The notes under the pieces were generated by a model. The model was not told where the DNA came from. It made no database searches and saw nothing but the letters and a program-made list of their open reading frames with translations. From a virus, in IMG/VR virus record IMGVR_UViG_3300045988_167643: DNA of 64,000 nucleotides; one strand, given 5' to 3'. Of this stretch, positions 26,881 through 36,808 are shown in pieces. Both the position numbers and the translations under genes were made by a program. The first letter of the stretch is position 1. Every line of letters starts with the position of its first letter.

Positions 26881-27227
26881 TTAGAGATTTCAGATATGTG
26901 GTGCCACAAAAACGCTTCTCAATATCCGAGTTGCCGTACCGTTTGACTACACAATATCGTGTATGATCCACCTACAGAGCGCAGTAGTTCTGGAATCTCG
27001 AAGCTATACGAAAGATTTGTTTACTGCTAGAGCAATCGAATAGTACGGTTAAACTTTTACATATTTAGTAACAGCAGAGTAGCAGCTGTGCGTGAAAAAG
27101 TGTATATATCTTCGGAAGTTCAATCAAACTTACAGTATGTGGTTATGGTTCTTGTGGCGATGAGCCTTATAAGAAGATCAGAGTACTCTAAAAAGGTTTG
27201 GTTTACAAAGTTGTTTCAATTTTAGCA

Positions 27228-27284
27228 GACACATTCCAGATGGGGAGCCTTAATTGGTTCTGAGTTCAACCCTCAGATGTGTCT
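27228..27284 (+). ncRNA. truncated tRNA-like element (57 nt: acceptor + T arm + one short region)
   Basis: Perfect 7-bp acceptor GACACAT/ATGTGTC and T arm CTGAG-TTCAACC-CTCAG. Only 25 nt sit where the D and anticodon arms should be. Confidence 0.4.
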
Positions 27285-27815
27285 CTTAGGAAGAGTTTCT
27301 TCCTATTATAAATTGAATAGCATAGTTGCGAATATAGGCGGTGCAAAACAATCATCGACATAATAAATCCCAAAGTCATCGTTAGGGAACTCCGTGGAGT
27401 CTGCTCCTATGGCTGATGGACTCTTATGCTATCCATTTTGAATAAGGCGTAGTTAACCTGTGGATGTGGTGAAACGATATATCCCTCCAAAGTTCTGACA
27501 CTTATCAGATATTCAAATGGCGTTATAGCTCTACACATACGTTAAATGTGGGAATTGTAATTAAGGAGCATTATATATTTTATGTATATGGATATAATAA
27601 AATTCTTTTGATGAACTTCTAATGTAGATTACACTATGTTGTTACCATATAGACTTAATAGAAGGAATTTGAAAGAGAAATAATTTCATATTGGAAGTAG
27701 CTATTGTAGATACATATCATCTGAGGTGTGGATGTGAAGATGGCTACGCAGATCTCTCGAAGAAAGTCTAGGCGTAAAGTAAGATGAGTAGATACTGAAG
27801 ATATGAAATTGTTTT

Positions 27816-27888
27816 TGGGTTGTGATGAAGCGGTCAACATCCGGAGCTTTGACCTCCGTATTCGTAGGTTCAAATCCTACCAGCCCAG
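27816..27888 (+). tRNA. tRNA-Gln (anticodon UUG)
   Basis: 73-nt cloverleaf: TGGGTTG-TG-ATGAAGCGGTCAACAT-C-CGGAG-CTTTGAC-CTCCG-TATTC-GTAGG-TTCAAAT-CCTAC-CAGCCCA-G. The U1-A72 pair and D loop resemble bacterial tRNA-Gln. Confidence 0.85.
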
Positions 27889-28055
27889 CTAGTGTTATAA
27901 GTATGCAACGGTAATTGAATATAAATAATAGTAATATGTCACCTTCAAGATAATCCTAGGACTTGAAGTAAAATAAATTACACCTGTGATTAAAGTATTA
28001 TAAAATATATTTATTTATTGGAGGTCGTGCATGGCTTCGCTTATAACACAACCAA

Positions 28056-28129
28056 GGACCATTAGCCAAACGGTTAAGGCAGTCGCCTCATAAGCGAAAG
28101 ATTTCTGTGTTCGAATCACAGATGGTCCA
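28056..28129 (+). tRNA. tRNA with CAU anticodon (Met, or Ile2 if lysidine-modified)
   Basis: GGACCAT-TA-GCCAAACGGTTAAGGC-A-GTCGC-CTCATAA-GCGAA-AGATTT-CTGTG-TTCGAAT-CACAG-ATGGTCC-A. Confidence 0.8.
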
Positions 28130-28488
28130 TATCCACTACGTAACGTATTCCTCATAAATACGTTAGCGATAAAAACTTGACTACTTGATATGAGCAAGCA
28201 GAAGAGATATGCTAAGTTCTTGGTTATAGGCATATCAAAAACGCACAAAAATACAAAATACAATTTAATAACATGCAAAAACCGTTGTCAAAAATATCTC
28301 ATATAAATCCTGTGTGGATTTTACGATAGTCCGAAACTGAGAGGGATTGGTTCAGCGTAAGAGATATACGAGACCTTTAAGTATCAGAAAGTAGGCGGTA
28401 GGTTTTCACAATGGTCACCTACAAAATAGTATGTAAGCCTATACTGATGATGTGCGCAGTTGTCAGTATAGCAGTACTTAAAAAATAA

Positions 28489-28572
28489 ACGGATGTGGCG
28501 AAATCAGGAAAACGCACCAGACTTAGGAACTGGTGGCTAACAGCCTTGTGGGTTCGAGTCCCATCATCCGTA
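28489..28572 (+). tRNA. tRNA-Leu (anticodon UAG), type II with long variable arm
   Basis: ACGGATG-TG-GCG-AAATCAGGAAAA-CGC-A-CCAGA-CTTAGGA-ACTGG-TGGCTAACAGCCTT-GTGGG-TTCGAGT-CCCAT-CATCCGT-A. Confidence 0.85.
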
Positions 28573-28645
28573 TTTGCTCAGAGATGAGCAGATTAAACAG
28601 AAGTATGATATGGTATTTCCCTCACCAAAGAGAATACTTTAAGAA

Positions 28646-28729
28646 TTAGGCGTGTCTCACATGATCGTAGATCATAAATCCGACCATGATAACACTACAG
28701 ATAAAAGTACCTATATTGAATATGTCCAT
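28646..28729 (-). CDS. micro membrane ORF (27 aa)
   Basis: AAGGAGG lies 8 nt upstream of ATG (minus strand). Sequence is MDIFNIGTFICSVIMVGFMIYDHVRHA. The longer track ORF extension has no support. Confidence 0.35.
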   Translation of the reverse strand: MDIFNIGTFICSVIMVGFMIYDHVRHA

Positions 28730-28950
28730 ATCTATTGCCTCCTTTGTAAGCTTATCTATACGATAAAAGCCTATGCGGAAAGGTAAGGTATACAGACTGA
28801 AACATGCCCGATTTACGGTGGCCGTAATAAAGTATTCTCTCTGGTTCCCTGATCGATTCCTTTTGGGAATCACCACCTCAACGAGGAACTATATCATATT
28901 TCTACAATAAATTCAAGATAAAATTAAACTAAAATAAGGAAGTATAAGTT

Positions 28951-29631
28951 ATGAAGAAACCATTAGATTATACTATTTTAAAAGAACAATATGATTGGCT
29001 TGATCAATATAATACTGTAAATGATTTTATAATGGCAAAAATAAATTTGTTTTCGTATTTATTGATGAAGAAAGTAAATGAAAAATTTCCTTATGTAGAA
29101 GAGAATAATAAGGCTTTAGTTGTGGATATAAGAAATTGTTTATTAGAGAATATAAATAATACAAATCCAGAAATAAAGAATTTTTATAAAAGTTTATTAC
29201 AAATTGGAGACCATGATGATTGTGGCTATTATGATGGAATTGTAATTGATATAAATACATCATGTGGACTTGATTGTATTAACTGTGACGATATTCAGGA
29301 TTCAATAGATATTATTTGTTCTTTTACTGATGGATTTGGAAATATTTACAGTTCATTTGATATAATTATTTATTTGAGTTCATTTGACCAATGTGATTAT
29401 ACTACTGCAGAAAAAGAGTTAAAGATACCAGTAACTGAAGATGTTAATATATATTATTCGAAAGAAGATGGACTTGAAACTGAATTTTCAATGTATATTA
29501 CAGAAAATAAAAAAAATTGTATTTGGACATTTACCACTGTTGATTATGTAGATTCAGTAAGCGAATTGGATAATATATTAAAAGAAACGAAAGGTGTTAG
29601 AGATGCGAATATTAACAAATATCGAAATTAA
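28951..29631 (+). CDS. acidic, Cys/Asp-rich hypothetical protein
   Basis: ORF track, with AAGGAAG RBS. Confidence 0.65.
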   Translation: MKKPLDYTILKEQYDWLDQYNTVNDFIMAKINLFSYLLMKKVNEKFPYVEENNKALVVDIRNCLLENINNTNPEIKNFYKSLLQIGDHDDCGYYDGIVIDINTSCGLDCINCDDIQDSIDIICSFTDGFGNIYSSFDIIIYLSSFDQCDYTTAEKELKIPVTEDVNIYYSKEDGLETEFSMYITENKKNCIWTFTTVDYVDSVSELDNILKETKGVRDANINKYRN

Positions 29632-30118
29632 AAAACGTATGAGTCAGATCGTACAAAAGTGCATTGATCTTCATGGTGGTGGAGAAGAATATTTCAACGA
29701 ACTAGATGATTTAATTAAACATGATGAAGATTTTCTAATATCGTATCTAATACACATCTCGCAATCAAGTGTAAAAAATATCATTGTTTCCGGTGAAATT
29801 GGTTCCAGAATTGCAGAATTAAAAAAAGAACACCCATGGTTTTTAGAAGGATGTAATATAGAATATGTGAATGGTAGCTTAAGAAAAGGTGTACCAATTC
29901 AATATTCTAACTGGAAATTGGATTCTTATAAGAATCAGCCATTTATTTTCGTAGATGACAGCTATTATTCTGGTAAAACTTTAAGAATAGTAAGGGTATA
30001 CATTGAAGAAGTACTTGGTGGTTATTTGCAAAACTCATATGTTTTCTATGACGGGTCAGAAGATAATCTTGACAATGTAGTAAGTCTTTATCGGTATTAT
30101 GATCATTTTGATTATTAA
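29603..30118 (+). CDS. phosphoribosyltransferase-like protein
   Basis: PFIFVDDSYYSGKTL matches the PRPP-binding loop pattern (hydrophobic-VDD-x-x-x-[ST]G-x-T). ATG 29603 has a GGTG RBS. Confidence 0.55.
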   Translation: MRILTNIEIKKRMSQIVQKCIDLHGGGEEYFNELDDLIKHDEDFLISYLIHISQSSVKNIIVSGEIGSRIAELKKEHPWFLEGCNIEYVNGSLRKGVPIQYSNWKLDSYKNQPFIFVDDSYYSGKTLRIVRVYIEEVLGGYLQNSYVFYDGSEDNLDNVVSLYRYYDHFDY

Positions 30119-30229
30119 AAATTCTAATTGGTGATTTTCTTCACCAACATTTCCAAAAAAAAATTTCAATTTTATATAGTTCGATTTCAGCCACTGGGCT
30201 GTTTATCTTATAAATTTCCCTTTTATTAT

Positions 30230-30246
30230 CCTAGTAACTTACTAGG
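30230..30246. promoter_or_regulatory. 17-bp perfect palindrome CCTAGTAACTTACTAGG (putative operator)
   Basis: 8-bp arms around a central C, in the 185-bp intergenic region ahead of the replication module. Confidence 0.4.
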
Positions 30247-30302
30247 TTTATATACAGGTTACAATTAAAAAATTTATATATATTCAAAGGAGGTCTCTAA
30301 AT

Positions 30303-31400
30303 TTGGAGAACAATACTAAAAAACAGAGATTATTTAATCTCCCAGAAACAAAAGGTAATTTTATGATCAAAGGTGTAGTTAAGGGAACTAAGAAAGATAA
30401 CTTCTACACAGAAAAACAGACACGTACTGGTAAAGAAATGCGAATTGTAAACTTCGGTCTTGAATATGATGAGGGTCGAGATTTGTACATCGGATTTACA
30501 GGAATTGAGCAGGAGAAAGTTTATTTCTATAAAAAGCCAGAAGAAAAAGGTAAGAAAGGAACATCACAGCCGGTATCCTGGGCAAACAGATTTAAATTTG
30601 CGGAAGACCCAAAGAACGAAGGATTTAGACTTATTGGTAAAAATCTTGGACTTACTAAAGTAACCAATGAAAAAGGCGAACAGGTAAACGATAAAAAAGT
30701 ACTTACCGACTATGATGCTTGTGCCGAGATTCGTAATAATCTTAAAGACGGAGAAAGCGTTTTTGTAAAAGGTAGCATTTCTTATCGCAGTAATCGCGAT
30801 GATAAAGGTAACATCAAACGATACAAATCTATGGAACCATCTCAGATTTCTCTTTGTGCCCCATGTGAATTTGACAGTGAAAAATTTAAAGCTCAGAACA
30901 ACTTCAACCAGGTAATTGTCTTTATGGGAATTGAAAAAGAAGTTGAAAACGACAAAGAAACTGGAAGATATATTATTTCAGGAAAGGTTGTAACTTATTC
31001 AAACATTGAAGATGTTGAATTTATCCTCGACCCTGTTGATGAAAAGCAGAAAAAACTTGCAATGACGTTTAGGAAGAAAGTGAAACCATACTGGGCACTT
31101 AAAGTATCAGGTCATGTACAGGCTTCTGTTCAGGTAGAAGAAGTTGTTGAAGATGATGGTTGGGGAGAAGAGGACGAAATTGAAAAGGTTCCTACTCCTG
31201 TTAAGCGTGAATATATTGTGACTGGTGCCGATCCGACTACTATTGAAAAAGACCTGTATTCTAAGGATGCTATCGAAGAAGCAATGCAGAAGATTAGAAA
31301 TGCTAATAAAGCTGAGGAAAGTTATGGTAGCGATTCTGACGATAGCGGATGGGGAGATAGTAGCCTCGGAGAAGCTGACGAAGAGGATGAAGAGTGGTAA
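30303..31400 (+). CDS. SSB-like protein with acidic C-terminal tail
   Basis: AAAGGAGG RBS and TTG start. The C-terminus ...SDSDDSGWGDSSLGEADEEDEEW looks like an SSB-type acidic tip. It sits first in the replication operon. Confidence 0.55.
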   Translation: MENNTKKQRLFNLPETKGNFMIKGVVKGTKKDNFYTEKQTRTGKEMRIVNFGLEYDEGRDLYIGFTGIEQEKVYFYKKPEEKGKKGTSQPVSWANRFKFAEDPKNEGFRLIGKNLGLTKVTNEKGEQVNDKKVLTDYDACAEIRNNLKDGESVFVKGSISYRSNRDDKGNIKRYKSMEPSQISLCAPCEFDSEKFKAQNNFNQVIVFMGIEKEVENDKETGRYIISGKVVTYSNIEDVEFILDPVDEKQKKLAMTFRKKVKPYWALKVSGHVQASVQVEEVVEDDGWGEEDEIEKVPTPVKREYIVTGADPTTIEKDLYSKDAIEEAMQKIRNANKAEESYGSDSDDSGWGDSSLGEADEEDEEW

Positions 31401-31412
31401 GAGTTGATGTAA

Positions 31413-32171
31413 ATGAGTGATTTTCAGAATAGAGTTGGCGAGGTGTCATATACAAAAAATGGCACCAAAGCCACGATTATTGAATATGTGAATACTCATA
31501 AAATTTTAGTGGAATTTGATGATAAGTATAAGTATCGGTATTGGACAAGTTATGGAAATTTTCAAAGAGGTCAACTTACCAATCCATATGAGTGTAGAAG
31601 TAAAGATGGACTTGGCTTTATAGGTATAGGTGATTACAGCTCTAAAGACCATAAAGTCGCTTATGCAAAATGGAGGGCTATGTTGCAAAGGTGCACAAAT
31701 CCGATGGCAGATAAAAGCACTGAATCATACGTTGAATGCGAAGTCTGTAATGAATGGATGAACTTTCAAAATTTTGCAAAATGGTATTGCGAGAATGAAT
31801 ATTCTTGCAATAATGAACCGCTATGCGTTGATAAAGATATTTTGATTCATGGAAATAAAATATACTCATCAGACACATGCATATTAGTTCCGCAACGAAT
31901 AAATTTGTTGTTTATCAAAGAATACGCAAGACGCGGAGATCTGCCTATTGGAGTTCAAAAGCATACAAGCGATGGAAAATATGCATCAGTTTTATCTACA
32001 TCAACCGGAGTTAAGTATTTAGGTCTTTTTACTGATTCAAATCTTGCATTTGCAACTTACAAAAAAGAAAAAGAAAAATATATTAAAGAAGTTGCAGATT
32101 CTTATAAGAATATAATTCCACAAAAAGTTTATGAAGCAATTGTAAATTACAGAATTGAAATTACAGATTAA
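31413..32171 (+). CDS. free-standing HNH-like / AP2-domain homing-endonuclease-like protein
   Basis: The Cys cluster CEVCNEW and VDKD...N pattern are HNH_3-like. The C-terminal LPIGVQKHTSDGKYASV...YLGLFTDSNLAFATY resembles an AP2 DNA-binding domain. Confidence 0.55.
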   Translation: MSDFQNRVGEVSYTKNGTKATIIEYVNTHKILVEFDDKYKYRYWTSYGNFQRGQLTNPYECRSKDGLGFIGIGDYSSKDHKVAYAKWRAMLQRCTNPMADKSTESYVECEVCNEWMNFQNFAKWYCENEYSCNNEPLCVDKDILIHGNKIYSSDTCILVPQRINLLFIKEYARRGDLPIGVQKHTSDGKYASVLSTSTGVKYLGLFTDSNLAFATYKKEKEKYIKEVADSYKNIIPQKVYEAIVNYRIEITD

Positions 32172-32185
32172 GGAGCATATATTAA

Positions 32186-33358
32186 ATGGCAAAAGGTAGA
32201 AAAGCAAAACAGGCAAAAACAAAACTTAACATGATTATCTATGGAGATACTTTCACAGGCAAAACAACATTAGCATCACAGATTGCCTATTATAAGCGTG
32301 AAGATGGTACTCCATTCAGAGTATTATACATTGATGCAGAATCTGGTGGACTTGATAGTTATTTAGATGATATGGAAGCAGCAGGAATTAACCTTGATAA
32401 TATTTATATCTTATATACTCAGTCACTTACAGAAGTAAGACAGTATATTGCAAAAGTAAAAAATAACGAAGATATTTACGAACTTGATGATGATGGAGTT
32501 GAAACAGATGAAGTTGTAAAAGATGCATACGGTGAACCTTTTAGGGCGGATGCAATTATTGTAGATGGTGCAACAATCTTAAACTTAACAACACAATCTG
32601 GGCTGGTAGAATTTTCTAAGAAACGTAACAAAGTAAAAGCTGATAAAGCTGGGCTATTAGGGGATGAACGACTTGTTAAGATTGAAGGCGCTTCATTAGA
32701 GATAAAAGACTGGAACACTATTAAATTTAAAGGACAGGATCTTATTCTTGATTTAATGTCTTCTGGAGTTAATTGCATCACAACTTGCCGAGAAGCTGAT
32801 GAAAAAATCAGTGTAAAAACAGAGGATGGACAGTTTCAGTCTGTTGCAACAGGTAAAAAAATCCCAGATGGGTTTAAAGGACTTGATTATAATACAAACA
32901 CTGTATTAAGAACATTCTTTGATGAAGAGACTGGACAGATTTGTGCAAAGGTTGAAAAAGACCGTACTCATGTACATAAAAAAGGTGAAATTATTGAGGA
33001 CCCATCATTACTTGATTGGCAGGTTGCACTTGAAAGGACTAAAGATAAAGAAGACTTTGTACTAAAAAATGATCTTGTAAAGGCAGTCGAAGTTGAGCAG
33101 GATCTATATGCTAAGGAAGTTCTTGGAAAGGTTGGTGATCCTGTCACAGAGAATATAACAACATCCGACACATCCACTTCCACATCACCAACACCAGATG
33201 ATCTTCGTAAAGAAATCGTATCTATTAAAAATTCTCTTTCTCCAGTCGCAAAAAAATCCCTTAAAGAAAAACTTGAAGCAAAAGGTTTACCAACTGCATA
33301 CAAGAATGTAAATGATATTTCTGTTTTACAGGAAGTTATTGAAACAATGAAAAATTGA
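32186..33358 (+). CDS. Sak4-like / AAA_24 RecA-fold ATPase
   Basis: N-terminal Walker A IYGDTFTGKTT, and IIVDGATIL is Walker-B-like. The position next to the SSB-like gene is typical of phage recombination modules. Confidence 0.65.
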   Translation: MAKGRKAKQAKTKLNMIIYGDTFTGKTTLASQIAYYKREDGTPFRVLYIDAESGGLDSYLDDMEAAGINLDNIYILYTQSLTEVRQYIAKVKNNEDIYELDDDGVETDEVVKDAYGEPFRADAIIVDGATILNLTTQSGLVEFSKKRNKVKADKAGLLGDERLVKIEGASLEIKDWNTIKFKGQDLILDLMSSGVNCITTCREADEKISVKTEDGQFQSVATGKKIPDGFKGLDYNTNTVLRTFFDEETGQICAKVEKDRTHVHKKGEIIEDPSLLDWQVALERTKDKEDFVLKNDLVKAVEVEQDLYAKEVLGKVGDPVTENITTSDTSTSTSPTPDDLRKEIVSIKNSLSPVAKKSLKEKLEAKGLPTAYKNVNDISVLQEVIETMKN

Positions 33359-33369
33359 TTGGATAAATT

Positions 33370-34212
33370 ATGGCACGAGCAAAGAATGATAATTTAGTTA
33401 ATGAATTTGATAGAGTTTGTCATTGTTGCCAACGCCACATTCATTTTGAAAGAAATAAATCTGTGGAAAATGTAGTATTCTTTGATGGACTTTTCTATCA
33501 CGAAAAGTGCTTTAAAGAGTCTGCAGGATTCCACAGAAAATGTGGTGGCTGCTCAAAAGATATTATTATTGAGGATGCAGATCAGGAAGATATTCTTGTA
33601 TTTAAAAATAAATATTGGCATGAAGATTGTTTTAAAAAAAAATATTCAGATAAACCAATATTTATGGAAAATATTCCAGAGTACAAAGAAGATGCGTATG
33701 TAAAGATTGTAGGTGTTTTTAATGGAAGAAAAAAGGATATTACAAAGTTAAATGAATATAAGATGGCAGCCGTTAAAGAGGTAGATAGAATCTTTGACGA
33801 AAAGCTTGTTAATGATTATATACGAAAACAATATGATATTCATACAGTTCCATGGGATTCTATAGCAGCACTATATGATGGTAGATATGGTGTCAAAATT
33901 CCACCAGAGCACTTATATGATATGTTTGTGCGTAAACAATCTTATCTGGATAAAATTAATGCACAGAATATTGCTAAAGGTAAGGAGATAACAGGTGTAT
34001 CAAGAGTTAAATATGATTTAAAAGTCTTATATAACAAATATGATTCTTATCTGAAGTTCCTTGAGAAACAGAAAATCTTAGAGGCAGAAGCTCAATCAGA
34101 TAAAACTGATGAAAAATTAATATTAACAACTGCTCCACAGCCAAAAACAATTGAAACAAATAATAATAGTGATGACTCCTTGGACGATTTACTAAATGAT
34201 ATTTTTGGATAA
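33370..34212 (+). CDS. zinc-finger hypothetical protein
   Basis: Two CxxC...H/C pairs (CHCCQRH..HEKC, CGGCSKD..HEDC). Confidence 0.65.
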   Translation: MARAKNDNLVNEFDRVCHCCQRHIHFERNKSVENVVFFDGLFYHEKCFKESAGFHRKCGGCSKDIIIEDADQEDILVFKNKYWHEDCFKKKYSDKPIFMENIPEYKEDAYVKIVGVFNGRKKDITKLNEYKMAAVKEVDRIFDEKLVNDYIRKQYDIHTVPWDSIAALYDGRYGVKIPPEHLYDMFVRKQSYLDKINAQNIAKGKEITGVSRVKYDLKVLYNKYDSYLKFLEKQKILEAEAQSDKTDEKLILTTAPQPKTIETNNNSDDSLDDLLNDIFG

Positions 34213-34222
34213 GGAGTGGCAG

Positions 34223-35758
34223 ATGGAAGAAATTAATAATGTATGCAATGTACAATCTGAGATTATGTTCGTTGGAGCATTGTATAAATCTCCGGACCTG
34301 TATGTTACATATGGTAATTTTATGAGACCTAAATATGACTTTTCTGATGAAGTGGTCTATTTCTTTTATAAATGTCTTGAAATTTACTATCTTAAATTTT
34401 CCCAAACAGTTGATGAAACAAAACTAAATGTATTTATGTCACAGGATGCCGAGCGAATGAGTAATTATAAGAAATATCATGGTTGGAAGACAATTAGTGA
34501 ATTTATGCGTTTGGCAGATCCGAATGACACTAAGAATTATTTTGATACAGTAAAGAAATATTCACTTGTTAGGGAATACGGAAGAAACGGTTATCCTGTC
34601 GATAAGATTCTTGCTCATAAGAATTTTGATAAAATGACAGCCAACGATATTTACAGGGTTATAAGAGCTAAAGCTGATAAGATTCACACTGTAATCAATG
34701 CCGGTGAAGAAGCAGTAGAGCTTACAAAAGGTAATGCTGATCAGATTAAAAGGTATTTGAAGAAACCAAACTTTGGACTTCCGTATCCTTGGCCAATGTA
34801 CAACGAATTCTTTCTTGGAATGCGAGAGGGTAAAACGCACTTTGAGGGCTTTATCTCAAATGGTGGTAAATCTCGAAAACTTATCGCATTAGCAGCTTAT
34901 GTGACTTTGGTACAGCATGAAAACTTTCTTCTTATGTCTAATGAGATGGACGAAGATGACCTTAAAAACTGTATGATTGTTACTGTAATAAATAATAAAG
35001 AATATCAAGAATTGCATGGTATTAAGATCAAGAAGCCAGAACGTGAGATTGTTTTGGGTGCGTACAGAGATAGAAACGGTGAGATAATTCGTAGGCATAT
35101 AGATGAGAATGGCATTTACACAGAGTCAGAAGAAGAGTACATAGAAAGAGTTGAACGTGATTCAGATGAGTATCACAAAATCGTTCAAGTAGGAGAATGG
35201 ATTGATGAGAATACAAAAGGTAAGCTTTTGTACAAAGATGTCCAGGACGACTACTCCATGGAACGTATTGAGTTTGAATTACGTAAGGCGAAGCTTGTAA
35301 ATGAAGTAACCTATTATGGTTATGATACATTAAAAAACTATCAAGTAGAAGATTGGGCGCAGTTAAAACAGATTGCAACTAAATTAAAAGAGATTACGAA
35401 AGAGCTTAAAATGTTTGGATTTGCAGTATTCCAATTATCTGACGATAGTAAGTTTACAGATGTTTTTCAATTGAGTTCGATGAATATTGCATCTAGTAAA
35501 GGTATTAAGCATGTTACTGATACGCTTACTCTTGGAAAGATGATTGAAAAGAGTGAGTACCACAAATATCAGATGATATGCGACACTCCTGGATGGGGTG
35601 ATCCTACAATATCTGATTTGGATTTAGGTAAGCAATATTTTGCAATTAAAATTGATAAAAACAGAGCTGGAAGTAAGGACAAGATCATGTTATTCGAAAT
35701 TAATCTTGATTACAATACTTGGATAAATATTGGACAGTTGATACAAAGACAAAAATAA
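34223..35758 (+). CDS. DnaB-like replicative helicase
   Basis: AAGGAG RBS precedes ATG 34223. The N-terminal segment SEIMFVGALYKSPDL is DnaB-N-like. The P-loop is ISNGGKSR. The C-terminal KNRAGSKD resembles the DnaB KNRxG motif. Confidence 0.7.
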   Translation: MEEINNVCNVQSEIMFVGALYKSPDLYVTYGNFMRPKYDFSDEVVYFFYKCLEIYYLKFSQTVDETKLNVFMSQDAERMSNYKKYHGWKTISEFMRLADPNDTKNYFDTVKKYSLVREYGRNGYPVDKILAHKNFDKMTANDIYRVIRAKADKIHTVINAGEEAVELTKGNADQIKRYLKKPNFGLPYPWPMYNEFFLGMREGKTHFEGFISNGGKSRKLIALAAYVTLVQHENFLLMSNEMDEDDLKNCMIVTVINNKEYQELHGIKIKKPEREIVLGAYRDRNGEIIRRHIDENGIYTESEEEYIERVERDSDEYHKIVQVGEWIDENTKGKLLYKDVQDDYSMERIEFELRKAKLVNEVTYYGYDTLKNYQVEDWAQLKQIATKLKEITKELKMFGFAVFQLSDDSKFTDVFQLSSMNIASSKGIKHVTDTLTLGKMIEKSEYHKYQMICDTPGWGDPTISDLDLGKQYFAIKIDKNRAGSKDKIMLFEINLDYNTWINIGQLIQRQK

Positions 35759-35770
35759 TTAGTGAGGTGA

Positions 35771-36808
35771 TTGGCAGTGGATGCTAGAGAATTAAAGGAA
35801 TATATATTAGAAAATAATTATGTGGAACAGATTCTTGATGCGATTCACTGCCATCATATTAAATTTCATGGAGATTATTGGACCTGCGGAAATCCAGACG
35901 GTGATAATACCGGTGCAATCGTAATATATAATACAGAAAATTTATCATGTACAAACTATACGAGACAAATGGTTGAAACTGACAGAGCTACTGATATTAT
36001 TGATTTAGTTTGCTTTTGTGAAAAACTATCATTTCCTGAAGGACTGAAATTTATATGTCAAGAGGTTGGAATTTCTTATTATCATGACTTTGAATCAGAT
36101 ATACCTGAGAGTTTAAAGATATTGAAATTAGTTAATGAAATGTCTACAGAGCAAACTGATGAGAAAGAAGTTCCATTAAAACCAATACCTGTTGAAATAC
36201 TTGACTACTATAAACCTTACGTGAATGACTTATTTTATGAAGATGGAATTAGTTATTCAACCCAGAAAGAATTTCAGATTGGCTATGATACCGAAACAAA
36301 TAGAATAACAATACCAATATATTCAGAAATTGGCGATTTAGTCGGAGTGAAGGGTCGATTATTTCAAAAAGAGGTTGATGAATCTGAATGTAAATATTTG
36401 TATTTAGAGAAATGTGCAAAATCAAAAATTCTATTCGGATTGAATAAAACGCTTCCATATATAAAAAGGTTAGGAGTCGTATATGTTGTTGAATCAGAAA
36501 AAGGTGTAATGCAGCTATGGTCCTATGGATATAAAAATGCAGTATCTACAGGAGGAAAGAATATTTCAAGACATCAGTTAGATATGCTGATTAGACTTGG
36601 CGTTAAGATTGTATTTTGTTTTGATAAAGATGTTGTTTTGGATGATATACTGAGAATTTCGGATAGATTACCAGATGGCATTCCAGCGTATTATATGTTC
36701 GACAAAGACAATCAGTTAACAGGTGAGAAAGAATCTCCATCGGATAATAAAGATAGATGGGAATACTTATTGGGAAATAATGTATATCCGTTAACAGATA
36801 GGATGTGA
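35771..36808 (+). CDS. TOPRIM DNA primase
   Basis: VVESEKGVMQL is the TOPRIM glutamate and FCFDKD is DxD. The start may be GTG 35777, after GAGGTGA. Confidence 0.7.
   Translation: MAVDARELKEYILENNYVEQILDAIHCHHIKFHGDYWTCGNPDGDNTGAIVIYNTENLSCTNYTRQMVETDRATDIIDLVCFCEKLSFPEGLKFICQEVGISYYHDFESDIPESLKILKLVNEMSTEQTDEKEVPLKPIPVEILDYYKPYVNDLFYEDGISYSTQKEFQIGYDTETNRITIPIYSEIGDLVGVKGRLFQKEVDESECKYLYLEKCAKSKILFGLNKTLPYIKRLGVVYVVESEKGVMQLWSYGYKNAVSTGGKNISRHQLDMLIRLGVKIVFCFDKDVVLDDILRISDRLPDGIPAYYMFDKDNQLTGEKESPSDNKDRWEYLLGNNVYPLTDRM

Noticed and set aside
25158-28278. Minus-strand track ORFs 25158..25388, 26780..26971, 27655..27873 and 28015..28278
   Set aside because: All but 27655..27873 run across a tRNA or tRNA-like sequence on the opposite strand. 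None has an RBS or a recognisable motif.
34007-35378. Minus-strand ORFs inside the zinc-finger gene and the DnaB-like helicase gene
   Set aside because: They are shadow frames antisense to long, motif-bearing + strand genes.
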